Assembly (NCBI GenBank): GCA_035528295.1
Contig: DATKYY010000042.1
Span: 1-34,447, forward strand
DNA: 34,447 bases
Reading direction: 5' to 3'
Origin: Dehalococcoidales bacterium
GTDB taxonomy: Bacteria > Chloroflexota > Dehalococcoidia > Dehalococcoidales > JAUYDJ01
Program-made: the position numbers and the translations under genes
Shown here: piece by piece, positions 16,973-24,337 of the stretch
Numbering within the stretch: the first letter of the stretch is position 1
Layout: each line of letters begins with the position of its first letter
The notes under the pieces: model-generated
What the model was told of the DNA's origin: nothing
What the model saw: the letters and a program-made list of their open reading frames with translations, nothing else
Database searches by the model: none

Positions 16973-16985
16973 CGCCAGGTGGGTA

Positions 16986-17014
16986 TTGACAATAACACTA
17001 TGGGGGGCTAGACT
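16986..17014 (+). promoter_or_regulatory. Candidate promoter of the DUF350/transglutaminase operon
   Basis: TTGACA (16986-16991), 17 nt, TAGACT (17009-17014). Confidence 0.45.
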
Positions 17015-17124
17015 CCAAACTAATAACGGATTGACCTAAGGGTTCGGGGTCGTAACTCAGGGCACCAGAAACGTCGGCTAGTGGCGCTGGCTGGTGCCCT
17101 TAAAGTGTGCCTGAGGAGGTAAAT

Positions 17125-17613
17125 ATGCTGGAAGGAATCGGTTTGGCGGCGCCTTACTGGGTTATGGTGCTCTTATGGGTGGGCAGAACTCTGTTCTTGT
17201 CTCTGGTATGCGTTTTCCTTGCCTGGCTGGGTATAAGAGCGCTGGATGCGCTCAACCCCCGTATTCACCAGCGCCAGCGAATCGGAGAGGACCCGATTGC
17301 CACCGGGCTGTTCGCCAGCGGTTTTCTAATACTGGTCGGTCTGGTCATTCACGGGGTCACCACCGCCCCCACCGTAATCGGTGGCCCGCTGGTTGATTAC
17401 TTCTTCAATTTCAGGCTGCTGGGTTTGCTGGCGGTAGGTTTTGTGGTCAGCCTGCTTCTTGGTATCGGTCTGTTTCACCTGCTGGATAAACTGACCCCCA
17501 AGATACCGTTTACCAACATTAACCAGCACCCGATTGCGGTGGGTATCTATGTCTTCGGCTATCTGCTCTTTCTGGGGCTGATACTCCATGCCGCGCTGAC
17601 TACGCCGCTGTAG
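17125..17613 (+). CDS. DUF350 (YjfL-like) membrane protein, two DUF350 repeats
   Basis: I take the start as ATG 17125 (SD GAGGAGG 5 nt upstream). Two repeats match the YjfL-type pattern (hydrophobic helix, xxPxI..., polar stretch, A-x-G-rich helix): LNPRIHQRQRIGEDPIATGLFASGFLILVGLVIHG and LTPKIPFTNINQHPIAVGIYVFGYLLFLGLILHA. Confidence 0.7.
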   Translation: MLEGIGLAAPYWVMVLLWVGRTLFLSLVCVFLAWLGIRALDALNPRIHQRQRIGEDPIATGLFASGFLILVGLVIHGVTTAPTVIGGPLVDYFFNFRLLGLLAVGFVVSLLLGIGLFHLLDKLTPKIPFTNINQHPIAVGIYVFGYLLFLGLILHAALTTPL

Positions 17614-17623
17614 GGGAATTTAT

Positions 17624-18451
17624 ATGCACCGGATTAGAATTCTGACGGTTTTATTGGGGCTGTTTCTGGCGGGGTTAGCCACCACCGGCTATGCCTCGGC
17701 CAGCTCTTCCACCGGCTTCTATGAAAAACCGGATGGTGTCTATGACGATTGGGGAGTATGCCGCACCACACCCCACGGCGACAACGGTTACTACCAGGTA
17801 TCCGAGACTGGTTTCAGGCCGATTATTGCCTTTGAGAGCCTGGGTGAAGGGATAGCTGAGGCCCACGCTCTGGGTAAAGAGATTGCCCAAAAATACCCCG
17901 ATGAGTTTCAGCGGGCGGAAGCCATCTTTTACTTTGTGCGGGACAGGGTGAATTATACCCCCGATGAAGACCAGTTTAATTACCAGGAGTTCGCCCAGAA
18001 TGCTGATGAGATGGCGGCGGTAATTCAGGAAAACGGCACCGGCAACGGCGATTGTGAGGACAGCGCCGTGCTGCTGGCGGTGATGTACCGGGCGGCCGGT
18101 TACCGTTCCGCACTAGTTGCCGGTAAGGGTCATACCGCCTGCCTGGTCTACCTGCCCGGCTACCGCAAGGCAAGCTCCGTATTTGAGCTTGACGGTGAGC
18201 CGGGGTGGGTCTGGGTTGAGGCAACCGGCAAAAACAACCCCTTCGGCTGGACATCAAAAGAGTTTGTAGATGTTAACCTGGCTTCTTACGAGATAACTGA
18301 TGAGGTGCTGAGGCCGGCGCAAATACCGGGGGAAACAGTGACTGCCGTGGCTGAAAGTGGTGGGACTTCCTCCGCTCAGCCCTTTCCCTTTTTCGGCATC
18401 ATTTTCTTCCTGTGGCTGATGTCTTTGTTCCGGCGGCGAGGTGCCCGTTAG
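17624..18451 (+). CDS. Secreted transglutaminase-like cysteine protease-fold protein with a C-terminal membrane anchor
   Basis: Signal peptide MHRIRILTVLLGLFLAGLATTGYASA. Transglutaminase-core spacing: GDCEDSAVLLAVMYRAAGYRSALV (Cys), GHTACLVY (His), WVWVEATG (acidic residue). The C-terminus reads PFPFFGIIFFLWLMSLFRRRGAR. It starts 11 nt after the DUF350 stop, with SD AGGGGA. Confidence 0.75.
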   Translation: MHRIRILTVLLGLFLAGLATTGYASASSSTGFYEKPDGVYDDWGVCRTTPHGDNGYYQVSETGFRPIIAFESLGEGIAEAHALGKEIAQKYPDEFQRAEAIFYFVRDRVNYTPDEDQFNYQEFAQNADEMAAVIQENGTGNGDCEDSAVLLAVMYRAAGYRSALVAGKGHTACLVYLPGYRKASSVFELDGEPGWVWVEATGKNNPFGWTSKEFVDVNLASYEITDEVLRPAQIPGETVTAVAESGGTSSAQPFPFFGIIFFLWLMSLFRRRGAR

Positions 18452-18499
18452 CCAGTTAGCTATGTTGAACCGTAATGGAAATAAAGTTCTCAGCCTGCC

Positions 18500-18528
18500 T
18501 TGTAAAAAACTTGACCTTACGCTATCAT
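18500..18528 (+). promoter_or_regulatory. Candidate promoter for the zinc-ribbon/RRM genes
   Basis: TTGTAA (18500-18505), 17 nt, TATCAT (18523-18528). It would give a 5' UTR of about 100 nt. Confidence 0.3.
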
Positions 18529-18634
18529 AGTGGTGGTGGTTTTGGTTTAGGTTATTTACACATGCTTCAGGTAAGTTCAATATTACTGGGTGACCGAGAC
18601 TCAAACCAACTAATCAAAGAGAGGAGGTCATCCA

Positions 18635-18940
18635 GTGGTTTTCCAAGAAAAATCGCTTGTGTGTTCCGATTGTGGAGCCACCTTTACCTTCAGTGCTGAG
18701 GAGCAGCAGTTCTTCCAAACTAAAGGCTATACTAACGAGCCCAAGCGCTGCCCCGAATGCCGCCAGTCCAGGAGATCATCCCGGGACGGGGGTGATAGCT
18801 ACAAGTTTCGCCGGCAAACCTTCCCGGCAGTATGCGCTGAGTGTGGCAAAGAGACTGAAGTGCCTTTTGAGCCACGTGAAGGTAGACCGGTGTACTGCAG
18901 CGAGTGCTACACCAAAATTAAAACGAGGGGACAGGACTAG
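18635..18940 (+). CDS. Double zinc-ribbon protein (CxxC...CPxC and CxxC-x17-CxxC)
   Basis: GTG start with SD GAGGAGG 7 nt upstream. The N-terminal ribbon is CSDCGATFTFSAEEQQFFQTKGYTNEPKRCPECR. The C-terminal ribbon is CAECGKETEVPFEPREGRPVYCSECY. A basic linker lies between them. Confidence 0.75.
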   Translation: MVFQEKSLVCSDCGATFTFSAEEQQFFQTKGYTNEPKRCPECRQSRRSSRDGGDSYKFRRQTFPAVCAECGKETEVPFEPREGRPVYCSECYTKIKTRGQD

Positions 18941-19024
18941 TTTAATTTAGTTTAGTCTTAGCAACATACCCGGGCTGAAGATAGGAGCCTGTGTATTTAA
19001 CTAGATTTGGTTGGTGTATAAATT

Positions 19025-19321
19025 ATGAATATATATGTAGGTAATGTATCATTTGAAGCAACCGAAGATGAGTTGCGACAGGAATTTGAAGCCTTTGGTC
19101 AGGTGAGTTCAGTAAAACTTGTTACTGACAAGTATACCGGGCAGTCGCGGGGCTTTGGCTTTGTTGAAATGCCGGCGGTATCCGAAGGCCAAGCCGCCAT
19201 TAACGGCCTGAACGGTAAGACAGTGAAGGACTCCATACTCGTTGTTAATGCGGCCCGTCCTCGTTCCGACGACCGTGGGGGTGGTGGCTTTGGTCGAAGG
19301 GGAGAGCGGAGAAAATACTAG
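19025..19321 (+). CDS. RRM-type RNA-binding protein with a Gly/Arg-rich tail
   Basis: RNP-2 IYVGNV, RNP-1 RGFGFVEM, and the C-terminal tail RGGGGFGRRGERRKY. Confidence 0.9.
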   Translation: MNIYVGNVSFEATEDELRQEFEAFGQVSSVKLVTDKYTGQSRGFGFVEMPAVSEGQAAINGLNGKTVKDSILVVNAARPRSDDRGGGGFGRRGERRKY

Positions 19322-19710
19322 ATTACTCAGCCCTCCCCCTTTATGTGCTTAGGGTATCACACTGACTTCGGCCGGTAATTAAAACAAAGCCCACAGGTCG
19401 GCTATTTTTTTGTCTCCCCCAAGCCTCCCCGGTCATTGATTTTTCAACCGTGCTGAAGAATCATATTGATTATCTACCAACAAATATCCTGCCGTTGCTT
19501 AATAGAATACCGATTTCCACGCCATCGGTAGTTTTAACAACTCCTCCCTCTGTTATTACCTGTTCTTCGTTAAAATCCACTTGCCCCAGCAAACCAACCA
19601 GTATATGAGTCTTTGCCATCTCCTGGTCAGTTTCATCAAGCCTGTTGCCCGGGGTTAATTGGCTGATAACCGGGGGCTATCTGCGATATAATTGGACTGG
19701 TTTAGCGGTG

Positions 19711-20145
19711 ATGACAAAATTTAGCTATAAATTTGTCGGCAGTGAAGGTGAACTGGAGGGCGCCTTTGCGGTTTGGCGGCAGGTTTTTGTGGCGGAGCAG
19801 GGCATCCCCGAAAATCTGGTTTATGATGGCAATGACCGTGACGCCAGGCATATGGTGGTTAAAGATGGTGAAAGGGTTATCGGCGCCGCCCGGGTCAGGT
19901 TTTTAGAGGCGGGACAGGCCAAGCTGGAAAGAATGGCGGTTCTACCCCCCTTCCGTCATTTGGGAATAGGCAAAGAAATGATTGACTTTCTGGTGGGGGA
20001 GTTGAGGGGGGAGGGAATCAAAAAGCTGGTCCTTCATGCCCAGCACCAGGTTATTGAATTCTATCAGACCTGTGGTTTTAACCCGGTGGGACTGCCGTTT
20101 GTTGAAGCCGGCATTAAACATCAAAAGATGGAGAGAATGGTCTGA
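19711..20145 (+). CDS. GNAT-family N-acetyltransferase
   Basis: I take the start as ATG 19711 (MTKFSYKF). A TATAAT box at 19687-19692 implies a very short leader. Motif A reads RHLGIGKEMIDFLVGELRGEG. Confidence 0.85.
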   Translation: MTKFSYKFVGSEGELEGAFAVWRQVFVAEQGIPENLVYDGNDRDARHMVVKDGERVIGAARVRFLEAGQAKLERMAVLPPFRHLGIGKEMIDFLVGELRGEGIKKLVLHAQHQVIEFYQTCGFNPVGLPFVEAGIKHQKMERMV

Positions 20146-20153
20146 GCCAGCCT

Positions 20154-20990
20154 TTACTCACCGCGGCTGAGGAGGATGGTATCATCATCAAACTCCTCCC
20201 CGGCGGCCCGCTCAAAGGCAGATACCAGGTCACTGACTTTCAGTTCCTTCTTTTTGGCCTCGCCCAAATCAACGATAATTCTGCCTTTGTGCATCATAAT
20301 CAGCCGATTGCCGTAATTCAGGGCAATCTCCATGTTATGGGTTACCATTATGGTGGTCATCTGCTCCAGGCGCACAATCTTATCGGTTAAATCGAGCACG
20401 GTTTTAGCCGTCTTGGGGTCCAGGGTGGCGATGTGCTCATCAAGCAGTAATATCGCCGGCTTGGAGATGGTAGCCATAACCAGGGATAAGGCCTGCCTTT
20501 GTCCCCCGGAAAGAGTGTAAACTGGTGTGTTCAGCCTGTTTTCCAGCCCAAGCCCGAGCACGGCTAGTTCTTCGCGGAACAACTGCCTGCGCTGTTTGTT
20601 GGTGGCCCCCCTCAGTCCCCTTGACTGACCACGCAGCAGGGCCAGAGAGAGGTTCTCCTCGATGGTCAGCTTGCCTGCGGTTCCCGTTTCCGGTTGCTGC
20701 CATACCCGGCCGATATAGGCCGCCCTTCGGTATCCCAGAAGATGGGTAACATCCTCGCTACCTATAATAACGCTACCGCCTCTTTCCGGAGGGTAGACTC
20801 CGGCGATAATGTTGAGCAGGGTGGTTTTGCCGGCGCCGTTGCTGCCGATAACGGTCACAAAGTCCTGGTCGTAGACGTCCAGCTTTATGCCCGCCAGCGC
20901 GGTTACCTCGTCAATAGTCCCGCGGGCAAATACTTTCTTAGTATTCTTCAGTTGCAGCAGACTGTGATTTCCGGTTGCCTTCGTGGTCAT
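20154..20990 (-). CDS. ABC transporter ATP-binding protein (COG1101 type)
   Basis: I take the start as ATG 20990 (SD AAGGTGG 8 nt upstream, inside the permease 3' end). Walker A GSNGAGKTT, signature LSGGQRQ, Walker B LLLDEH. Confidence 0.9.
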   Translation of the reverse strand: MTTKATGNHSLLQLKNTKKVFARGTIDEVTALAGIKLDVYDQDFVTVIGSNGAGKTTLLNIIAGVYPPERGGSVIIGSEDVTHLLGYRRAAYIGRVWQQPETGTAGKLTIEENLSLALLRGQSRGLRGATNKQRRQLFREELAVLGLGLENRLNTPVYTLSGGQRQALSLVMATISKPAILLLDEHIATLDPKTAKTVLDLTDKIVRLEQMTTIMVTHNMEIALNYGNRLIMMHKGRIIVDLGEAKKKELKVSDLVSAFERAAGEEFDDDTILLSRGE

Positions 20991-20995
20991 CTTAA

Positions 20996-21904
20996 TTACC
21001 ACCTTTTAGCTGGTTCCAGCCACTCCTTCCGCATTCTCTTTTGCAGATAGGGTACCGCCAGCACCACCACCACCAGGAGGGCAGTGATAAGCTTCAGGTC
21101 ACCGGGAGCCATACCCAGCCTGAGGGCGATAGTTATGAATAAGCGATAGACAAAGGTACCGCCCAGGCAGGCGAGCAATATCGTTGCAATTCCCTTGGGA
21201 TGAAACAGCCCTTCGCCGATTATCACTGCCGCCAGCCCCAGCACAATCATGCCGATGCCCATACCGACATCGCTGAACCCCTGGTTTTGGGCAACCAGGG
21301 CGCCGGCCATAGCCACCAGCCCGTTGGAAACAGCACAACCCAGCAGTACCGTCTTGTCGGTATCAACGCCGAACCCGCGCACCATTTCCTCATTATCGCC
21401 GGTGGCTCTTAAGGCCAGGCCAATTTCGGTGCGTAAAAACCAGTTCAATACCACGAAAAGGAGGGTGACCACTACCGATACCAGGATAATGGATACGACC
21501 AGTCCGCCACGCAGGCCAAAGAGCTCAGCGATGACATCAAAGCTGGTCACCTCGCGAAGCAGAGGGACGTTAGCCCCGCTCAGTATCCTCAAATTGATGG
21601 AATAAAGCCCGACCATCATCAGGATGCCGGCGAGCAGGGCACTGATTCTGAGCTTGGTGTTGAGCAGTCCGGTTACCAGCCCGGCAGCCATCCCGCCACC
21701 AAGAGCTCCCAGTGTGGCCAGAAAGGGGTTGACACCAGCTACAATTAGCACCGCCGCGATGGCGCCACCCAGAGGAAAAGTGCCGTCTACGCTGAGGTCA
21801 GGAAAGGCCAGAACCCGAAAGGTGATATAAACACCGATAGCGACCAGACCAAAGACTAACCCTTCGTAGCAGGCTACGCCAAGGATGTTTCCGAAGATAT
21901 CCAA
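20996..21904 (-). CDS. ABC transporter permease (COG4120 type)
   Basis: TTG start with GGAG upstream. It is a polytopic Gly/Ala-rich permease located between the matching SBP and ATPase genes. Confidence 0.85.
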   Translation of the reverse strand: MDIFGNILGVACYEGLVFGLVAIGVYITFRVLAFPDLSVDGTFPLGGAIAAVLIVAGVNPFLATLGALGGGMAAGLVTGLLNTKLRISALLAGILMMVGLYSINLRILSGANVPLLREVTSFDVIAELFGLRGGLVVSIILVSVVVTLLFVVLNWFLRTEIGLALRATGDNEEMVRGFGVDTDKTVLLGCAVSNGLVAMAGALVAQNQGFSDVGMGIGMIVLGLAAVIIGEGLFHPKGIATILLACLGGTFVYRLFITIALRLGMAPGDLKLITALLVVVVLAVPYLQKRMRKEWLEPAKRW

Positions 21905-21967
21905 TCTTGTCTCCGGTGTCAGGTTTAGAAATCAATAAATATTTTATTGTTTGTGCCTGGTACAGGC

Positions 21968-22966
21968 TTATTCCCCGACGATACCAGTGGCTTTGTCCAG
22001 CACGGACTGAGGGATGGTTACGCCCATCCGCTCGGCCGCTGACGGGTTCAAAACCAGGTCGGTCATATCCACTTTCTTGACCGGGATGTCAGCCGGACTC
22101 TCGCCCTTCAGAATACGGGCAGCTACCTGACCGCATTCTCGGCCTAATTGATAGTAGTCGATACCGGGAGTGCCGATGGCGCCCCTCTCCACGGTGGCGA
22201 CATCAGCGGCGAAGAGCGGTATCTGGTTCTCTTCACAGACCTTCACCACCGACTCAAAGGCGGATACCACCGTGTTATCGGTGGGAATCCATATGACATC
22301 AACTCTGCCGACCAGTGATTGAGCTGCCGCCAGCACATCGGTTGATGTAGCCGCGGTAGCCTCCACGATTTCGGTGATACCCAGGCCGGGGGCTACTTTC
22401 TTGAGTTCATCTACCTGCACTTTTGAGTTTACTTCACCGGCATTGTAGATGACGCCCAGCTTCTTAGCATCGGGCACAATATCAACCGCCAGTTGTATCT
22501 GAGCGCCCACATCAGCCCAATCGCTGATGCCGGTTACACTGCCGCCGGGCTTGTCCCAGCTATCAACCAGGCCCGCGGCTACCGGGTCGGTTACCGAACC
22601 AAAGACTATCTCAATATCAGTGCCTTTAGTTGCCTGGACACAAGCCTGCGCGGTGGGGGTAGCTATGGCCAGAATTAGGTCGACCTTATCGGTGACAAAC
22701 TTCTGGGCGATAGATGCGGTTACCGTCATATCGCCCTCAGGGGTGCGGTAATCATACTCCACATTTTCCCCTTCAACGAAGCCTTCTTCAGCCATCTGGT
22801 CAATGAAGCCCTGGCGATTGGCATCCAGCGCCGGGTGAGTAACAATCTGGGTGATGCCAATCTTCATCGTGCCCGGTTCGCATCCAGTCATCATCGGCAA
22901 GGCAAAAGCTAATACCATTATCAAACAAGTTACGCTGATTAATACCTTTAGCCCCTTCTTTCTCAT
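21968..22966 (-). CDS. ABC transporter substrate-binding lipoprotein (COG2984 / ABC_sub_bind family; putative Trp/Tyr-type uptake system)
   Basis: SD AGGAGG upstream. Signal peptide with lipobox MTGC. The family-typical block is KIGITQIVTHPALDANRQGF. Confidence 0.85.
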   Translation of the reverse strand: MRKKGLKVLISVTCLIMVLAFALPMMTGCEPGTMKIGITQIVTHPALDANRQGFIDQMAEEGFVEGENVEYDYRTPEGDMTVTASIAQKFVTDKVDLILAIATPTAQACVQATKGTDIEIVFGSVTDPVAAGLVDSWDKPGGSVTGISDWADVGAQIQLAVDIVPDAKKLGVIYNAGEVNSKVQVDELKKVAPGLGITEIVEATAATSTDVLAAAQSLVGRVDVIWIPTDNTVVSAFESVVKVCEENQIPLFAADVATVERGAIGTPGIDYYQLGRECGQVAARILKGESPADIPVKKVDMTDLVLNPSAAERMGVTIPQSVLDKATGIVGE

Positions 22967-23138
22967 TTGGAACCTCCTGTATTGTGATATTATCCATCCG
23001 GATGATGGGTAGTGCTCACATTTCTTTGGCAGCCTCCTCTCTGAATGATGCTGACTTTCCCTTAATTTTAATACCCACCCAATATATCACGTTTCACAGG
23101 AGTGGGCAAACTAATTTAGTTCCCTTTCTAATCATAAA

Positions 23139-23167
23139 TTGAATTCCGAGCTGGGGAATAGTAATAT
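23139..23167 (+). promoter_or_regulatory. Candidate promoter for the 89-aa protein/livG transcript
   Basis: TTGAAT (23139-23144), 17 nt, TAATAT (23162-23167). Confidence 0.4.
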
Positions 23168-23201
23168 AAGTAGCGATATCAGGAGGTAAAGGGTTTTTCC
23201 G

Positions 23202-23471
23202 ATGGTAAATTGGCAGGTAACCGCGACCACGATTTACTGTGATGCGGTGGATGATGAAGTGACCCTGCTGGTGAACAAAGACGGCTCGGCGCAGTGTATC
23301 GCCTACCAGCGGTATGGCGAGCCGGATAAAGAAACGGTCAAGCTGATGAGGAAGAAAGAGAGCCAGCTGAAACGGCACCTGGCCTGCGAGGGTCCGGAGT
23401 GCCACCGGCTGACTCAGTACCGCGACAAGCTGTTAGCTGAGGAAGCCAGAAGAGGGACTAAAGGTGAGTGA
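23202..23471 (+). CDS. 89-aa Cys4 protein of unknown function
   Basis: Four Cys residues (C13, C32, CEGPEC at 62-67). AAAGGG lies 8 nt upstream of the ATG. Its 3' end overlaps the livG GTG start by 8 nt. Confidence 0.55.
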   Translation: MVNWQVTATTIYCDAVDDEVTLLVNKDGSAQCIAYQRYGEPDKETVKLMRKKESQLKRHLACEGPECHRLTQYRDKLLAEEARRGTKGE

Positions 23472-24336
23472 TAAAGAGAAACCGGCGCTGAAGCCGTCAA
23501 CTAGCCAACCACCCCGCAAAGAGAGCCAAAATCGGGTAAAGATACGCATTGAAAACCTGTTTCTTGACTTTGGCGGGGTGAAAGCCCTGAACGATGTCAG
23601 TCTGGAAATAAAAGAAAACGAAATTCTGGCCATTATCGGCCCCAATGGTGCCGGTAAGACCTGCCTGCTGAATTGCATCAGCGGCTTCTACAAGCCGCAA
23701 AAGGGCGAGATATATTATGATGCCAAGCGCATCACCCGCATCCGCCCCGACCGGGCGGCCCGTCTCGGTCTGGCGCGCACCTTCCAGAATATTGAGCTTT
23801 ATACCGGCCTGAGCACCCTGGACAACATTATGGCCGCCCGGCATGTGCTCATGAAGCAGAACTTCCTGGCCAGTTCCCTCTATTTCGGCTGGGCGCATAG
23901 TGAGGAGATTGAACACCGTAGAACGGTGGAGGATATTATCGATTTTCTGGAGATAGAGCCGATTAGAAAAAGGGTGGTCGGCGTCCTGCCCTATGGCATG
24001 CGCAAGCGGGTTGAGTTGGGCCGTGCCCTGGCTCTGGAACCAACCGTGCTGCTCCTTGATGAACCGATGGCGGGCATGAATCTGGAAGAGAAAGAGGACA
24101 TCGCCCGCTTCATCATTGATATCTTTGAAGGGCAGGGGGTTACCTATCCCGAAACGCCGGTGTTAAGGGACGGGGTCAATTGTATCGTCCTGGTGGAACA
24201 TGATATGGGGGTGGTGATGGATATCGCCGACCGGGTGGTGGTGCTTGATTTCGGGCGCAAAATCGCCGAAGGTACCCCTGACGAAATTAGAACTAACCCT
24301 GAGGTTATTGCTGCCTATCTGGGCAAAGAGAAATAG
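23464..24336 (+). CDS. livG: LIV-type ABC transporter ATP-binding protein (LivG-like)
   Basis: Walker A GPNGAGKT, the LivG-type signature LPYGMRKRVELGRAL, and Walker B LLLDEP. It has an N-terminal hydrophilic extension of about 25 aa. Confidence 0.92.
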   Translation: MSDKEKPALKPSTSQPPRKESQNRVKIRIENLFLDFGGVKALNDVSLEIKENEILAIIGPNGAGKTCLLNCISGFYKPQKGEIYYDAKRITRIRPDRAARLGLARTFQNIELYTGLSTLDNIMAARHVLMKQNFLASSLYFGWAHSEEIEHRRTVEDIIDFLEIEPIRKRVVGVLPYGMRKRVELGRALALEPTVLLLDEPMAGMNLEEKEDIARFIIDIFEGQGVTYPETPVLRDGVNCIVLVEHDMGVVMDIADRVVVLDFGRKIAEGTPDEIRTNPEVIAAYLGKEK

Positions 24337-24337
24337 C

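Noticed and set aside
18657-18950. 97-aa ORF in an alternative frame of the zinc-ribbon gene
   Set aside because: The 18635-18940 frame has the SD and the paired CxxC motifs. The alternative frame is Ser/Pro-rich with no features.
19322-19420. T7 run at ~19405-19411 as a possible terminator of the RRM gene
   Set aside because: I could not find a convincing GC-rich stem immediately upstream of the T-run on either strand.
19470-19619. 49-aa minus-strand ORF (MAKTHILVGLLGQVDFNEEQ…) in the 390-bp gap between the RRM and GNAT genes
   Set aside because: The only SD-like sequence (AGGAG) directly abuts the ATG with no spacing. There is no alternative in-frame start and no motif. It could be real, but it is not supportable from sequence alone.
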